Part shown: positions 20,320 to 31,500 of the stretch, one piece after another
Layout of the letters: every line of letters starts with the position of its first letter
Numbering within the stretch: the first letter of the stretch is position 1
NCBI RefSeq assembly: GCF_000281045.1
Contig: NW_008246113.1
Location: 419,953 to 453,115 of the forward strand
From: Saprolegnia diclina VS20
Lineage: Eukaryota
Direction of reading: 5' to 3'
DNA: 33,163 bases
Notes under the pieces: generated by a model
The model's database searches: none
Seen by the model: only the letters and a program-made list of their open reading frames with translations
What the model was told of the DNA's origin: nothing
Position numbers and translations under genes: made by a program

Positions 20320-21960
20320 CGTAGTACGGTGGTGGACGGTGGCGGAGACGGCGAGGATGGCTGGCGACAAGGCGGCTATGGGCTAAGCTGCCGGTTGGGA
20401 ACTGCAATCATCACGCGCGATCGGTCCGGAATTCGTGTCTTTTCCATCTGATTTGCATCGAGACTTAAAACAGCATATATTTGACTTGTCTTTTGTAGCA
20501 TAATACACATGTATACAAAAAGAATGGTATAAATGCGTATATCCGACTGAATATGGTCGCGGACTAGATAATGTTGACGGAGGTCGTGTCGTGCCACGAC
20601 ATTGCTAACACGATTTACGTTCCGAGATGCGATTGGACAAGCAAGGTCGAATGCAAATGGTGTACATACAGTATTTCAGTGAACATTTGATTGTGGGCAA
20701 GATCGTGGGACAAGCGGGGGTGAACTGCAAGGTCCACTGCAATTTGAAAATGACACGCGACCGATTTGTCCAACACCTGCGAAGCGTCATCTCTGATCAT
20801 GAGCTTAGTTGCTGCCGAGGTGGAGGACGTGGACATGGTGCGTGCCTGTTGCAAGTCGTTATCCGAGATGGCAGCTTTGTACCTAGCATCCAAAGAGCCA
20901 CCGGCCGGCTTTGGTGCAAAGGTGCTGCACGATGCTCGCAAGCTTCGTTTTCATAAACACTTCAAAAGATTGGTCCCCGTGTTGACGACAGGTCCGCTTT
21001 GCGTGAACAAACTTTGCGGCCATTCATTCTTGCATTTCGATTACTCGAGGGACCGAGGCGTATCAGCACAAGGGTGCGATTAGACAGTGTTGGTCCTGGT
21101 ACACTGTTGTTAACAAGCTTTTCGTTTGAAAGATGTGTACAATCATGTCATGCACGCCCAATGATTGTGGTGACTCATTTCGACATTCGCGTTGGTGACG
21201 TGTCCTGGTCTTGACGACCGCCCTTCTCGACGGTATGAACTCGTAGGCGGGAACTCGACTCTGTCGACCGGCCTCACGCACCACCTCGTGGTCGGCGACG
21301 CCGGGTCTGTGACTAACGCACCCAGTCCATAGCTCGCAGCGCACTTGGCTCGCTTCCTCAGGAGCTGCTCTTGGTGTCCATTGGCGGCGCCGCGACAGGA
21401 GCATACGATGGCTGGACGTTCGTCATCTCCAGCTCTAAGATATATAAGCTCTCAGCGGACTATTTTGAACGAGATCTGACTCCTCACAGGTCCGATTTCA
21501 AAACCTTTATACCCAATCAAAAGGTGCCATTTGCGATCCGCCGCCCAGACCGACGTCGTCGCGTCGTGCTGCGAACATTCAAAATGAAATCGCTTATTTG
21601 TAAAGTGGCCCTCGTCCGCTGCGTTGGGCGCTCCTTCATGAAGGCTGCGGTCGTGACTTCCACCACAGCCTTCCTTGAAAATGGCATGTGCCATGTAAAA
21701 GTCCCTCGCGATGCCGCAAATAGTACAATTCGGCATATCTGCGCACACGATTTTCTAGCGCTGCAGGCCGCGCACCATGGTGCATCTTGGCGCTCCGCGT
21801 AATAAGAAGCAAACTTAATAACTCTACCAAGTATGAGCCATTTTGTATTTTGACCAAGGTTTGCCATCAATTTGCAATCGGGAACGCACCACGACAGTTT
21901 GCGTGTTACTAGCCACATTATCCGGATATCTGGCGCAGCCAAACCATCACCAGGTCGCAC

Positions 21961-22140
21961 GGTCGACCACTTTGCGTTTGAAAATGAACTGGCAAAGACT
22001 TGGCACATAGATAGAGAACTCTTTGGAGTGTACGGGAAGCGAGATCGCGCTGCCGTGCGAGGCGTACAGCGGTAGCGAGACGCGATCCAAGGTACCGTCC
22101 AGACTAAGATCGTAGTGCCATCTTAGAGGCGCCACGACGC
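21961..22140. repeat. Dispersed repeat copy B (partner at 2505-2680)
   Basis: Same conserved blocks in the same orientation as copy A. Confidence 0.85.
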
Positions 22141-23139
22141 CGACGCCAAAGCGGACAGCATAACATTTCAAATGAAGGCGCCCAAAGTTGGCACAGTGAT
22201 AGAAGACGCTTTAGAAAGCAGAGCAGACCGCGCTACGTCACCGCTGCAGGCCTAAAACGCGCGCAATGCTTGATCAAAGAATCAAAGCGCTCTTGAACCG
22301 TTAAAAAGCAAAAGCCCGCATTGGCACGCCGCAGCCTTCGACTCTTCCACTTGTAGTAGCGACGACCATCCCATCCCTTCCACTGCATCGAAAATGCGAT
22401 ACTTGGCAACCTTGATGCAAATACTACGTCCAAAGCCGTGGATCCAATGCAGCGATTCAATGCTCGGGCTATCGCACTCGCACTGATCTATCGTCACAAC
22501 GTCCTCGTACGGCGCAAAATGTGATTGGTATGACGTGGCACTCGGAGAATGTTTCATTTGGGTGCAACGGTTCAGTCGTGTACAAACAAGCACGGCAAAG
22601 GCGAAACGCAGTGCTTTTACAAGAGAATTATAGCAATCGTGAGCGCTGCTCAGTCTCCAATGTGTCGCTCCAGCATTGGGTCGTGGCTGTTGGCATCGGT
22701 GCAGCAGCGCTGGTCGCAGCCATCGGCGCCGTAGCGGTAAAAAGGCCATTGCGGTTACGTTGGGCGTCTACGCACTGTGAGGTATATATTTGATGCGCCG
22801 AGACAATCGCTGACAGCGACAACGTCGGGCGTTTGAGCGAGGAGTGGGGCCGATGGCTTCGAGCCTTGTTGCGCTTGTGGCGTCGTTCCGAAACATCCGG
22901 ATCGTATCCGGACACCACCAGCAAGTGCAATTCGACACAACAACGCCGCCGGCGCAGTGGGCGCTGCGAGCGCGTCACCTCGCAGCACAGAGCCAAATGG
23001 CTCTCATCTCGAGCACGTCACGTTTGGCGTCGTGCTGCTTGTATATAGCAGCCAGTACCGCGACCGCTGGCGGGTCCTTGACAGCATACACAACCTCTCG
23101 CCCGCCGCAAATCATTCGCCCAACGTCGCCTCCGATCCA

Positions 23140-23223
23140 ATCTCTGCTTGAGGTAGTAAGTTACTACCTCAAGCAGAGATACATGTCTCGATCGCTTACT
23201 ACTAGTAAGCGATCGAGACATGT
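23140..23223. repeat. Two abutting perfect palindromes (20-bp and 21-bp arms, 1-nt loops)
   Basis: ATCTCTGCTTGAGGTAGTAA-G-TTACTACCTCAAGCAGAGAT is immediately followed by ACATGTCTCGATCGCTTACTA-C-TAGTAAGCGATCGAGACATGT. Confidence 0.97.
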
Positions 23224-23599
23224 CGCTCACAGCGTTGGCGCAGGCTGTGCCGTCTTTATGGCGCTGAGCCTTTTGTCTTTGCTTCATCACGCTGCAGCAG
23301 ACTGCGGCAGACTGGACACGGCCACCTTTTTGGCAGCATTTGCCAGCCTCAACGCCGCGGCGTCAACGATTTTTCGAGCCGAAGGTACACGCACAGTACA
23401 CGGCCAAGCACGAAACGACCGGCGCCAGCTTCCGCGTTCTTCCGGACGTGCCGATATGCTTGAGAGCCAACCGCCACGCAGTATGGACCGTCCACAAGCA
23501 ACAAGACATTTTCAATGTAAGCGCATACCATCTGCGTCCATTCACATAGTATTTCTTTTATCACGACATCACTTTTTACTATACACTACCAGACTCGGT

Positions 23600-24949
23600 T
23601 TACTGCTGGACGCTGTGGCCTTCCTCGAGCACCTTGACTTCTTCGACCACATACGAGTCTTCGTTGGCCGACTCGAGCGCCTTCTCCCAGCCGTCCTTGC
23701 GGAACTCGCCCTCGAGCTTGGCCATGACGACCGACGCGAGGCAGTTGCCAAAGACGTTGGTAAACGTACGGGCCATGTCCATGAGCCAGTCGGCGCCAAG
23801 AAGCAACGCCACGGGCCAGCTCGGGATGTTGAACTGGTCGACGGTCGAGGCGAGCACAATGATGCTGGCCGAGCGGACACCGGCGACACCCTTGGACGAG
23901 ATCATGAGCATGAGCACCATCGTGATCTGCTCGCCGACGCCCTTCTCAATGCCCGCGGCTTGCGCGCAAAAGACTGCCGCGAGCGAGAGGTACAAGGTCG
24001 AGCCGTCGAGGTTGAACGAGTAGCCAAACGGCACGACAAACGCCGAGATGTGGGGCGACACACCAAACTGAAGGAGGCACTCAAACACCTTGGGCAACGC
24101 GGCCTCGGACGTCGCGGTGGTGTACGCAATCACGAGCGGTTCGCGCATCGCAGCCAAAAACTCGAGCGGGTTGATCTTGAAGACAAAGAAGATCGGGCCA
24201 AAGACCACAATGATAAACACGACCAGCGTGCCGTACAAGGTCGCGACAAGCGCGCCGAGGGCCGCGAGCGCACCGACACCGTTGGCACCAATAGCGTTGG
24301 CCACCGCAAAGCACACACCGAGCGGCGCAGTCCAGATGACAATATCGACAAACTTGAACATCATTTCCATGACGGCAGTCGCGAGCTCAAGGAGCACTTG
24401 CTTGTGGTGGCCGTGCGTCTGCGCCGTCGCGACACCGACAAGGATCGACGCGACAAGGACTTGGAGAAGCTCCGAGCTGCCCGAGCCGCCCATCATCTCA
24501 CCCCACGTCTTGGGCGTCAAATGGTTGATCCAGAGCGCAAACGTAAACGTCGACGACGACGACCCCGTGTAGTTGCCCTTCTTGGTGATGCCCGTCTTGC
24601 CGGGCTGGACCCAGTTGACGGCGAGAAGACCGACAATGAGCGCGAGCGTCGTCACGACCTCAAAGTAGATGAACGACTTGAGCGAGAGGCGGCCGAGCTG
24701 CTTGAGATCGTTGTTGCCAGCGATACCGACGATGAGCGACGAGAACACGAGCGGGAAGACGATAAACTGAATCGGCCGAAGGAAGATCTGGGCCATTGGC
24801 GCCGCGTCTTTGCCAAACGCCGGCGCAAACTCGCCAATGAGGATACCCGTGATCGTGCCGAGGATGATCCAAAACGTCAGCGACGTCAGAATCTTGCGCA
24901 TCGTCGACTTCGGCGGGCGATCGGCTTCCATGGCATGGTAGACGGCCAT
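23600..24949 (-). CDS. Dicarboxylate/amino acid:cation symporter (DAACS/SDF; DctA/GltP-like), 449 aa
   Basis: Intronless ORF with PLVFSSLIVGIA, AYTTATSEAALP, VVPFGYSFNLDGSTLY, SSKGVAGV and DMARTFTNVFGN motifs. Confidence 0.96.
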   Translation of the reverse strand: MAVYHAMEADRPPKSTMRKILTSLTFWIILGTITGILIGEFAPAFGKDAAPMAQIFLRPIQFIVFPLVFSSLIVGIAGNNDLKQLGRLSLKSFIYFEVVTTLALIVGLLAVNWVQPGKTGITKKGNYTGSSSSTFTFALWINHLTPKTWGEMMGGSGSSELLQVLVASILVGVATAQTHGHHKQVLLELATAVMEMMFKFVDIVIWTAPLGVCFAVANAIGANGVGALAALGALVATLYGTLVVFIIVVFGPIFFVFKINPLEFLAAMREPLVIAYTTATSEAALPKVFECLLQFGVSPHISAFVVPFGYSFNLDGSTLYLSLAAVFCAQAAGIEKGVGEQITMVLMLMISSKGVAGVRSASIIVLASTVDQFNIPSWPVALLLGADWLMDMARTFTNVFGNCLASVVMAKLEGEFRKDGWEKALESANEDSYVVEEVKVLEEGHSVQQ

Positions 24950-24976
24950 ACTTGTGCTCTTGTGTGGTTGGCAGCC

Positions 24977-24989
24977 AAATGCAAAATGA
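24977..24989 (-). promoter_or_regulatory. Oomycete INR/FPR core promoter of the symporter gene
   Basis: Minus strand TCATTTTGCATTT fits TCATTYYNCAWTT, about 28 nt upstream of the ATG at 24949. Confidence 0.55.
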
Positions 24990-27960
24990 AGATGGTGGCG
25001 GTGCTCTCGGTTTGGCGGCCAAGATTTGTTGAAGGGATTACATCCGCGACCGGCTGGTGCTTGCTGCTTTGTTCGTTTTATTCGCCCTTTCTACGGGCTC
25101 CTTTCCTCGAATATTTATATTGCACGACGATCGCTATTACATTCCAAAGGGCAATTTCAGTTGGATTTTAAAAGAACCATTGCTGGCACCTACTTGAAGT
25201 TACCGTGAGATACCTGGATGATACGGCGCTCGCCAAAGCCGCGCGTGATGGCGTGATGCAGCCTCCCGATGGATTCCCAGAGCTTCCGATGACGTCCACG
25301 GACGTGTCGAACCAAGCGAAACCGGCGCCGTCGACCGTTGTACAAGGTAGTGGGATATTACGGTGCCAAGGTCCTCAGTGAGTTTCATGGAGCGTCCAGG
25401 ATAGATGGCCGCCTCGTAAAGGCGCGTCCAGCTGGTTCTTTCGACTTCTAGAAAAACGTGGACGAACGTTCAACGCGATGCCAGCTGCTTGAACTTCTGA
25501 GAATATCAGACGGCAGCTGGTGGCGTTAGCACCGCGTTTAACGTCCGATGTCTTTAAACGCGACTAAAACGTTTATCGCTCGCCTTCGAGGTCGACAACA
25601 CAAAGGCGCGCACCGACATAGAGGTTGGCTCGCATATACTCGGCTCGTTACGACTGGCGACTGGTGACGTACATCTCGTTTGCCAAGACACGGAGAGACA
25701 TTGATGCGGGCCGACGGGCGCAGACCATCGCCTTTCTTGTCCTGTCGTCCGCAGTGACGATACGAAAAGCCTACTTTTCACTCACGTGACGGGGCAGCCC
25801 ATCAATGTCCACTCGCCATGCATACTTGCGGCTTCAATCTTCCGGCCTCGTATGTGGGCACAGAGGATGGCCTGTCGGGACGCGGTGGCCGTTGGACTAC
25901 GAGGTAGTGTCACTGACCACAAGATGTCTTTACATGGCGGTAGGTCGGACAGTATCATCAAGCTTGGCACTCATGACACTGCGAGATCAAGCTCGAAGAA
26001 GAAACTCGAGATAACGCCGGTCCCAGTGCATCTGTAGTGTTCTATCCCGTTCCCAGGCGCGTAGTGTAAATGGTTCGTTCGCTGGTATGAGGACAGGTGG
26101 TACATGTATGGTTAGCATTGGTCCTGCCATCATCGCTCACGTCCAACGTTTGATTGTCCTGTTGTCGTTGTGGGTCTATTGTGAGCCGATTAAAACGCAT
26201 TCAACCGGTTCTACCTGTTTGACGCACGCGTAAAAGCCAACGAATCGGAATATTACGTGGGCAAGACGTCAGCAACAGGTGGCTGCTTGCGACTGGATCT
26301 GCCCGATCACGCTACCAGCCGTGGCGCCGTGTGTCGCTCCCAACCTGGCTTCCAATCAATGGTTTAGCCAGTCGTTAACGACGCACCCAAATCGGCTTTG
26401 GTCTCGATCTCTTGACCTTGATCCGGGCACCTAGACGCGTCACCGTCGAGCTGATCCTGCAGCCCCTCGCAAATGGGTGGCCCGAGTGCAGCAGTGCTTC
26501 GTACTCTTCCAGTATACTACTTGCAGCTAGATACTGCCATGCCGGCCAAGCCAAAGGCTACTTGTTGACGTGTCGAATGGATGGCACGTCTCGAATTCTC
26601 AGATCTGAATCGCACGCAAACAGCACCACACACCACTGCGCAAACACCTAAACACCTTCGGAAATGTGAAAAAGTATATCTTTGTCGAGATACAAGAGCT
26701 GGCGACGAGCAGCTCGCGAAGCTGATCGGCGAGTGCTCGGCGATTCGTTACCGAACGCAACCAGGATATGCGTGCCGGGCAAGCCCCGGCTACTCGAGCG
26801 CAAGTAAGCGAAGGAGGATCAAAATCTGTCGCGCTGGAAGCACGGAGAGCTCACGGAGAATGAAGAAGCCAATGTGCTTTGCCGAGTTTGTAGCCCATCA
26901 CTTGGTGCATGATAGGGAAGGAAAGACCGGAAGCGGAGAATGCTTGAAAGCTCCTCTTGGCTCCGCGAGCTCGCATCCTGAAATACAATATCAAAACGCA
27001 AAAAAGAGCATGGGATTGTACTCAATTCGATGCGATCTCTCGATGAAGGACCCAGAGCGAACACTCAACGAACCTTCCTGCAGTCCTTTCTATCGATAGG
27101 ACCTGGTTGGGTCGTGGTCCTGACGCACAGGGCATCGAGGCCTTTGTGGATCGAGAGCCACGGACTGTACGAAAGTCGGACGGTGACAGGACTTCGTCAC
27201 ACGGCGACGGCGGCAGTCGCATCGCGCGATCGACCTCAAAGGCACTAGAGGTCCTCTTCTCCGATCGTGAGAGGTTGGTCAACAAGGCCAAGCCTGTCGA
27301 ACGATCGAGCGAGAAAGTGTGCGACCGCGATTCCATCCTGCGAGGCTGTTTGCATTGGTACTAGTAGGTAGTACAAAACGACTTTTGAAGTGTAGTGCCG
27401 GTACTGGGAAGACGAGCGAGTGGGCTCGAGCACGCCCTCGAGTCGGCAAATGTCGTCGTCCGTGGCCAGCGACGCACTGCTGACGTCACCACAAGGACAG
27501 CACACAGAGAACCAGTGATAGCGATGCATAGTTTTGTCATTCCACCACCTCCAACGATCGCACGGACTGGGATAGTCGCAGAAAACGCTGCGGTCTGGAC
27601 CAATGTATCACCGACATTGGCGATAGAGATTTTTGTGTGGAAGCGTCTGCCATTTTGCGGCTATCATGGTGGCGTCAACACAGACAACCCGCTGTCGACA
27701 CGGGAAGAGTTGCTCGCTGCGCAGTGGCTGTGCTTTCGGTTGATGCGTCGTAGCAACTGCGACACGAAAGCATTTCTACTTTATGAAACGTGGCGACGGT
27801 AATACAACCTCCTCGGCATGCAGCGTAGAGCTCCTTGAATAGGTAGGGTCCACGCAAACACTGCCATACTAGAGAGCAACCAAAAGCAAGTGTGACCCAT
27901 GCTGCAAACAGTAGCAATGTACCAGTACGTTGGATGAATATGGTCGTTTTGAAGTGTGCG

Positions 27961-28059
27961 AACCAAGTGTGATGACATAATGTTCTGCCCCGTGGCTGCC
28001 AAGAGAGCACCTCAGCGGTTCAATAGGCCCACGTGCAAGACGCGCGCCATTGGTTTGTG
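27961..28059 (+). repeat. Direct repeat copy 1 (spacer + start of RdRP 3' fragment); copy 2 at 32054-32157
   Basis: AACCAAGTGTGATGACATAATGTTCTGCCCCGTGGCTGCCAAGA...CTCAGCGGTTCAATAGGCCCACGTGCAAGACGCGCGCCAT is nearly identical in both copies (one 6-nt indel). Confidence 0.95.
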
Positions 28060-28467
28060 GCACAAACCATATACTGCACAAACTTTGTGCAGTACGCTCA
28101 CGCGGTCTTTACGCTCTGTCAGCAGACCGAGGTCGAGCTCATCTCGGGCTACATCCAGAAACTCTCGCGCACGGTGGGTCGGGCCGAGCGACTGGACCCG
28201 GCGGACGACGCGGTCGAGCGCATCCGAGTGGCCGTGCGGTTTGTGCTAGAGCACTATGCACGTGTGTTTCGGCGCGGCCTCGAATCCAAGGCGCCGAGTG
28301 ATCCAGCGGTGTTGCGCAAGGCGTCGGCGTGGTACTACGTGGGCTACACGCACCACGAGCAGATGCAAGGGCTGCTGCCGTACCGCAGCTTTGCGTGGCT
28401 GGCGCTGGAGCCGATGCTTGTCCTATTTCGCCCAGATCGCCAGGTGTCGTCGACCTCGCACCGGTAA
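28033..28467 (+). pseudogene. RdRP C-terminal fragment
   Basis: DARHWFV..QYAHAVFTLCQQTEVELISGYIQKLSRTVGRAERL...KASAWYYVGY...SFAWLALEPMLVLFR aligns to the 3' end of the RdRP gene (about 31611-31975). It lacks the catalytic domain and carries a 30-nt insertion and a 12-nt deletion. Confidence 0.9.
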
Positions 28468-28476
28468 TACTCCAAG

Positions 28477-28516
28477 TTGATTGGCTGTAAACTTTGATTG
28501 CGTCTTTTTGATTGGC
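28477..28516 (+). promoter_or_regulatory. Paired CCAAT boxes (TGATTGG) upstream of RdRP gene 1
   Basis: TTGATTGGCTG at 28477 and TTTGATTGGC at 28507. A similar pair with the intervening TGCGTC is conserved upstream of the second RdRP start (32930-32963). Confidence 0.6.
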
Positions 28517-28581
28517 GGATCGAAATTCACATGCGCACCAATGACATCGCAGCACCGTGCCGAACCCAGTCACCTTCGCCG

Positions 28582-31500
28582 ATGCTCACGGTCGAGCTGA
28601 TCGAGGCACAGGCGAGAGCCCGCGAGGCGTCGCGACGCGCAGAGGACCGCGCCAATGCCTACAACAACAACTTCGCAAGCATCGTGTCGAGCACCACCAG
28701 CGTCGTTGCAGCGACCATCACCAACGTCCCGTCGGATATGACGGCGGCCGACGTGGCCAAGTTTTGCCGACAGTGCACCAACTTCTACGGCGGCTTTCTC
28801 TCAGTCAGCATGGCACCGTACACTGCCAGACGACGAGGCCGGTCCACAGTGTTTATGGCGTCGCGCCTCTTCCATGCGCTTGTCTTGGCCCTCGACGGCA
28901 TCTTCTGGCAGGGCGAGGCCATCCGCGTGCGCGAGGCGGCCGCCGTCGGTCGGTCTGTGTGCACCGACGTCACAAGCAGCGTCTTTTACTGCAAGGCCCT
29001 GTGTGTGTTGCCCACTGCAGCGAGCGACCAGCCCTCTTTTGACACCGTCGACGTCGTCACGCTCACGTGCTCGAGCATGGACGCGACGACCTTTGCGATT
29101 GCGTTTGACGGCGAAAACGACTACCGCTACCGCGTCTGCTTACAGGTCACCAACGTCGTTCGCTGTCGCGTCGGAAGAGACGATGACGATCGCGTGGTTG
29201 CCCGGTTTACTTTGCGGACCCCGCCGTTCGTCTATATCGGTGACCGGCGAAAGACGGACGAAGACCGCGTCTGGCCGATCGCGGATGCTGCGTACAAGTG
29301 GGAACGGTCCGATGATCCGTCGCCCAACGGCGCCTTTGGCCACTGCCGATGCTACCATCTCGTGCTCGAATCCGCAGCCTCGCCAGACACCGTCGTACCG
29401 TTGCTGCGGAGCTTTGGCCTTGCAGACGTGACGCGCCAAGACAGGCTCCCGGTATTCACCAGCGTCGCGTCGTCGTCGCCGCCACCAACCGACTGGGTGT
29501 ATGCCCCTACGTCCGAGTTGCACGACGTCTCGTTTCCGCTGCGCTATGCGCTGCATGTTCTCATGTCCCAAGAGGCGTTGGTCGTCACCACCACCGACGA
29601 CGCCAGGTACGTGGCATACATTCTGGACCACTCGAAGGCGTCGGCGACCGACGTCGTCGGCTTTTTATACTCGTCGCTGCGCGCACCGGTCGACGGGCCA
29701 CCGGATATACAAGCCTTTGGCAATTGGCTCTCGAATCTACCACGGCACCACCGCAATGTCGAACCGTTGCCGTTGCCGACGTCAACGACGCCTATCAACG
29801 CCGACGAACTGNNNNNNNNNNNNNNNNNNNNNNNNNNNNNNNNNNNNNNNNNNNNNNNNNNNNNNNNNNNNNNNNNNNNNNNNNNNNNNNNNNNNNNNNN
29901 NNNNNNNNNNNNNNNNNNNNNNNNNNNNNNNNNNNNNNNNNNNNNNNNNNNNNNNNNNNNNNNNNNNNNNNNNNNNNNNNNNNNNNNNNNNNNNNNNNNN
30001 NNNNNNNNNNNNNNNNNNNNNNNNNNNNNNNNNNNNNNNNNNNNNNNNNNNNNNNNNNNNNNNNNNNNNNNNNNNNNNNNNNNNNNNNNNNNNNNNNNNN
30101 NNNNNNNNNNNNNNNNNNNNNNNNNNNNNNNNNNNNNNNNNNNNNNNNNNNNNNNNNNNNNNNNNNNNNNNNNNNNNNNNNNNNNNNNNNNNNNNNNNNN
30201 NNNNNNNNNNNNNNNNNNNNNNNNNNNNNNNNNNNNNNNNNNNNNNNNNNNNNNNNNNNNNNNNNNNNNNNNNNNNNNNNNNNNNNNNNNNNNNNNNNNN
30301 NNNNNNNNNNNNNNNNNNNNNNNNNNNNNNNNNNNNNNNNNNNNNNNNNNNNNNNNNNNNNNNNNNNNNNNNNNNNNNNNNNNNNNNNNNNNNNNNNNNN
30401 NNNNNNNNNNNNNNNNNNNNNNNNNNNNNNNNNNNNNNNNNNNNNNNNNNNNNNNNNNNNNNNNNNNNNNNNNNNNNNNNNNNNNNNNNNNNNNNNNNNN
30501 NNNNNNNNNNNNNNNNNNNNNNNNNNNNNNNNNNNNNNNNNNNNNNNNNNNNNNNNNNNNNNNAGCAACAAGGCGATTTTGAGCGTCGCTGACGAGACAC
30601 TGCGCGACTTGGCGGCGCCGCTCAAGACTCACGCCAAAGCCATCCAGTTTGTCAAGGCGTATGCACCGAAAGCGACGATTCTGAAGCTGCTCCAGGCCGG
30701 CGTCTCGGTGCAAGATCCATTTGTCGCCGACTGGCTGCACATGCTGCGCCGCCACGTGTTCAACAACATCAAGTTTCGGTCGCGCATCCGCGTTCTTGAC
30801 GGCGTCGTGCTCATGGGCGTCATTGACGAGACAAACACGCTGCCCGAAGGCTGCATCTTCTTCCTTCCCAGCTTTCGGTCGCCACTGTACAAGGCCATAC
30901 CGGCAACAATCGGCACGCGCTGCGTCGTGGGCCGCCACCCGAGTCTTCACCCGGGCGACCTCCGAGTGCTCACATATATGATGGTCCCGGCACTCTGCCA
31001 TCTCTTTGACGTGCTCGTCTTCTCGTCGCGCGGCCAGCGACCGGTGACCGACATGATGTCGGGCGGCGACATGGACGGCGACCTCTACTTTTGTCTCTGG
31101 GATCAACGTCTCGTGCCGGCGCAGGATGTGCCACCGATGCAGCCACCTGCCGCATCATTGGGCATCCCACCGCCGTCGTCTGCCCCCGGCATCCAGGTAC
31201 ACGGAGCTACTGCAATCTCAGATATTATTGGACTAAATGATGTGGGTGTTTAGGGTATCCAGGATCACTTTATCCGGTTCCTCGCGCATGACAACTTGGG
31301 CATGATATCCAATATGCATCTCGCGATTGCCGACAATAGTGTTCACAAAGCGTACGACGTTCGGGCGCTCGAGCTTGCCGAAGCGCACGCCATTGCAGTT
31401 GATTTTGCAAAGTCCGGGATTGAAGCGCCGACGCCGATGTACAACATACCAGCGTACCCTGATTTTATGGAGCGCGCGGGCCCCTCGTACAAGTCCAAGA

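Noticed and set aside
23149..23162. TGAGGTAGTAAGTT resembles the 5' part of animal let-7/miR-98
   Set aside because: The match stops after 14 nt, runs across the hairpin apex rather than along an arm, and the host is not an animal. The structure is explained by fold-back of flanking DNA.
22844..25171. 775-aa plus-strand ORF
   Set aside because: Antisense shadow of the GC3-rich symporter gene; no domain-like sequence.
25200..27950. Many short ORFs between the symporter and the RdRP locus
   Set aside because: Looks like decayed coding or TE sequence, but no assignable motif, terminal repeat or continuous frame was found.
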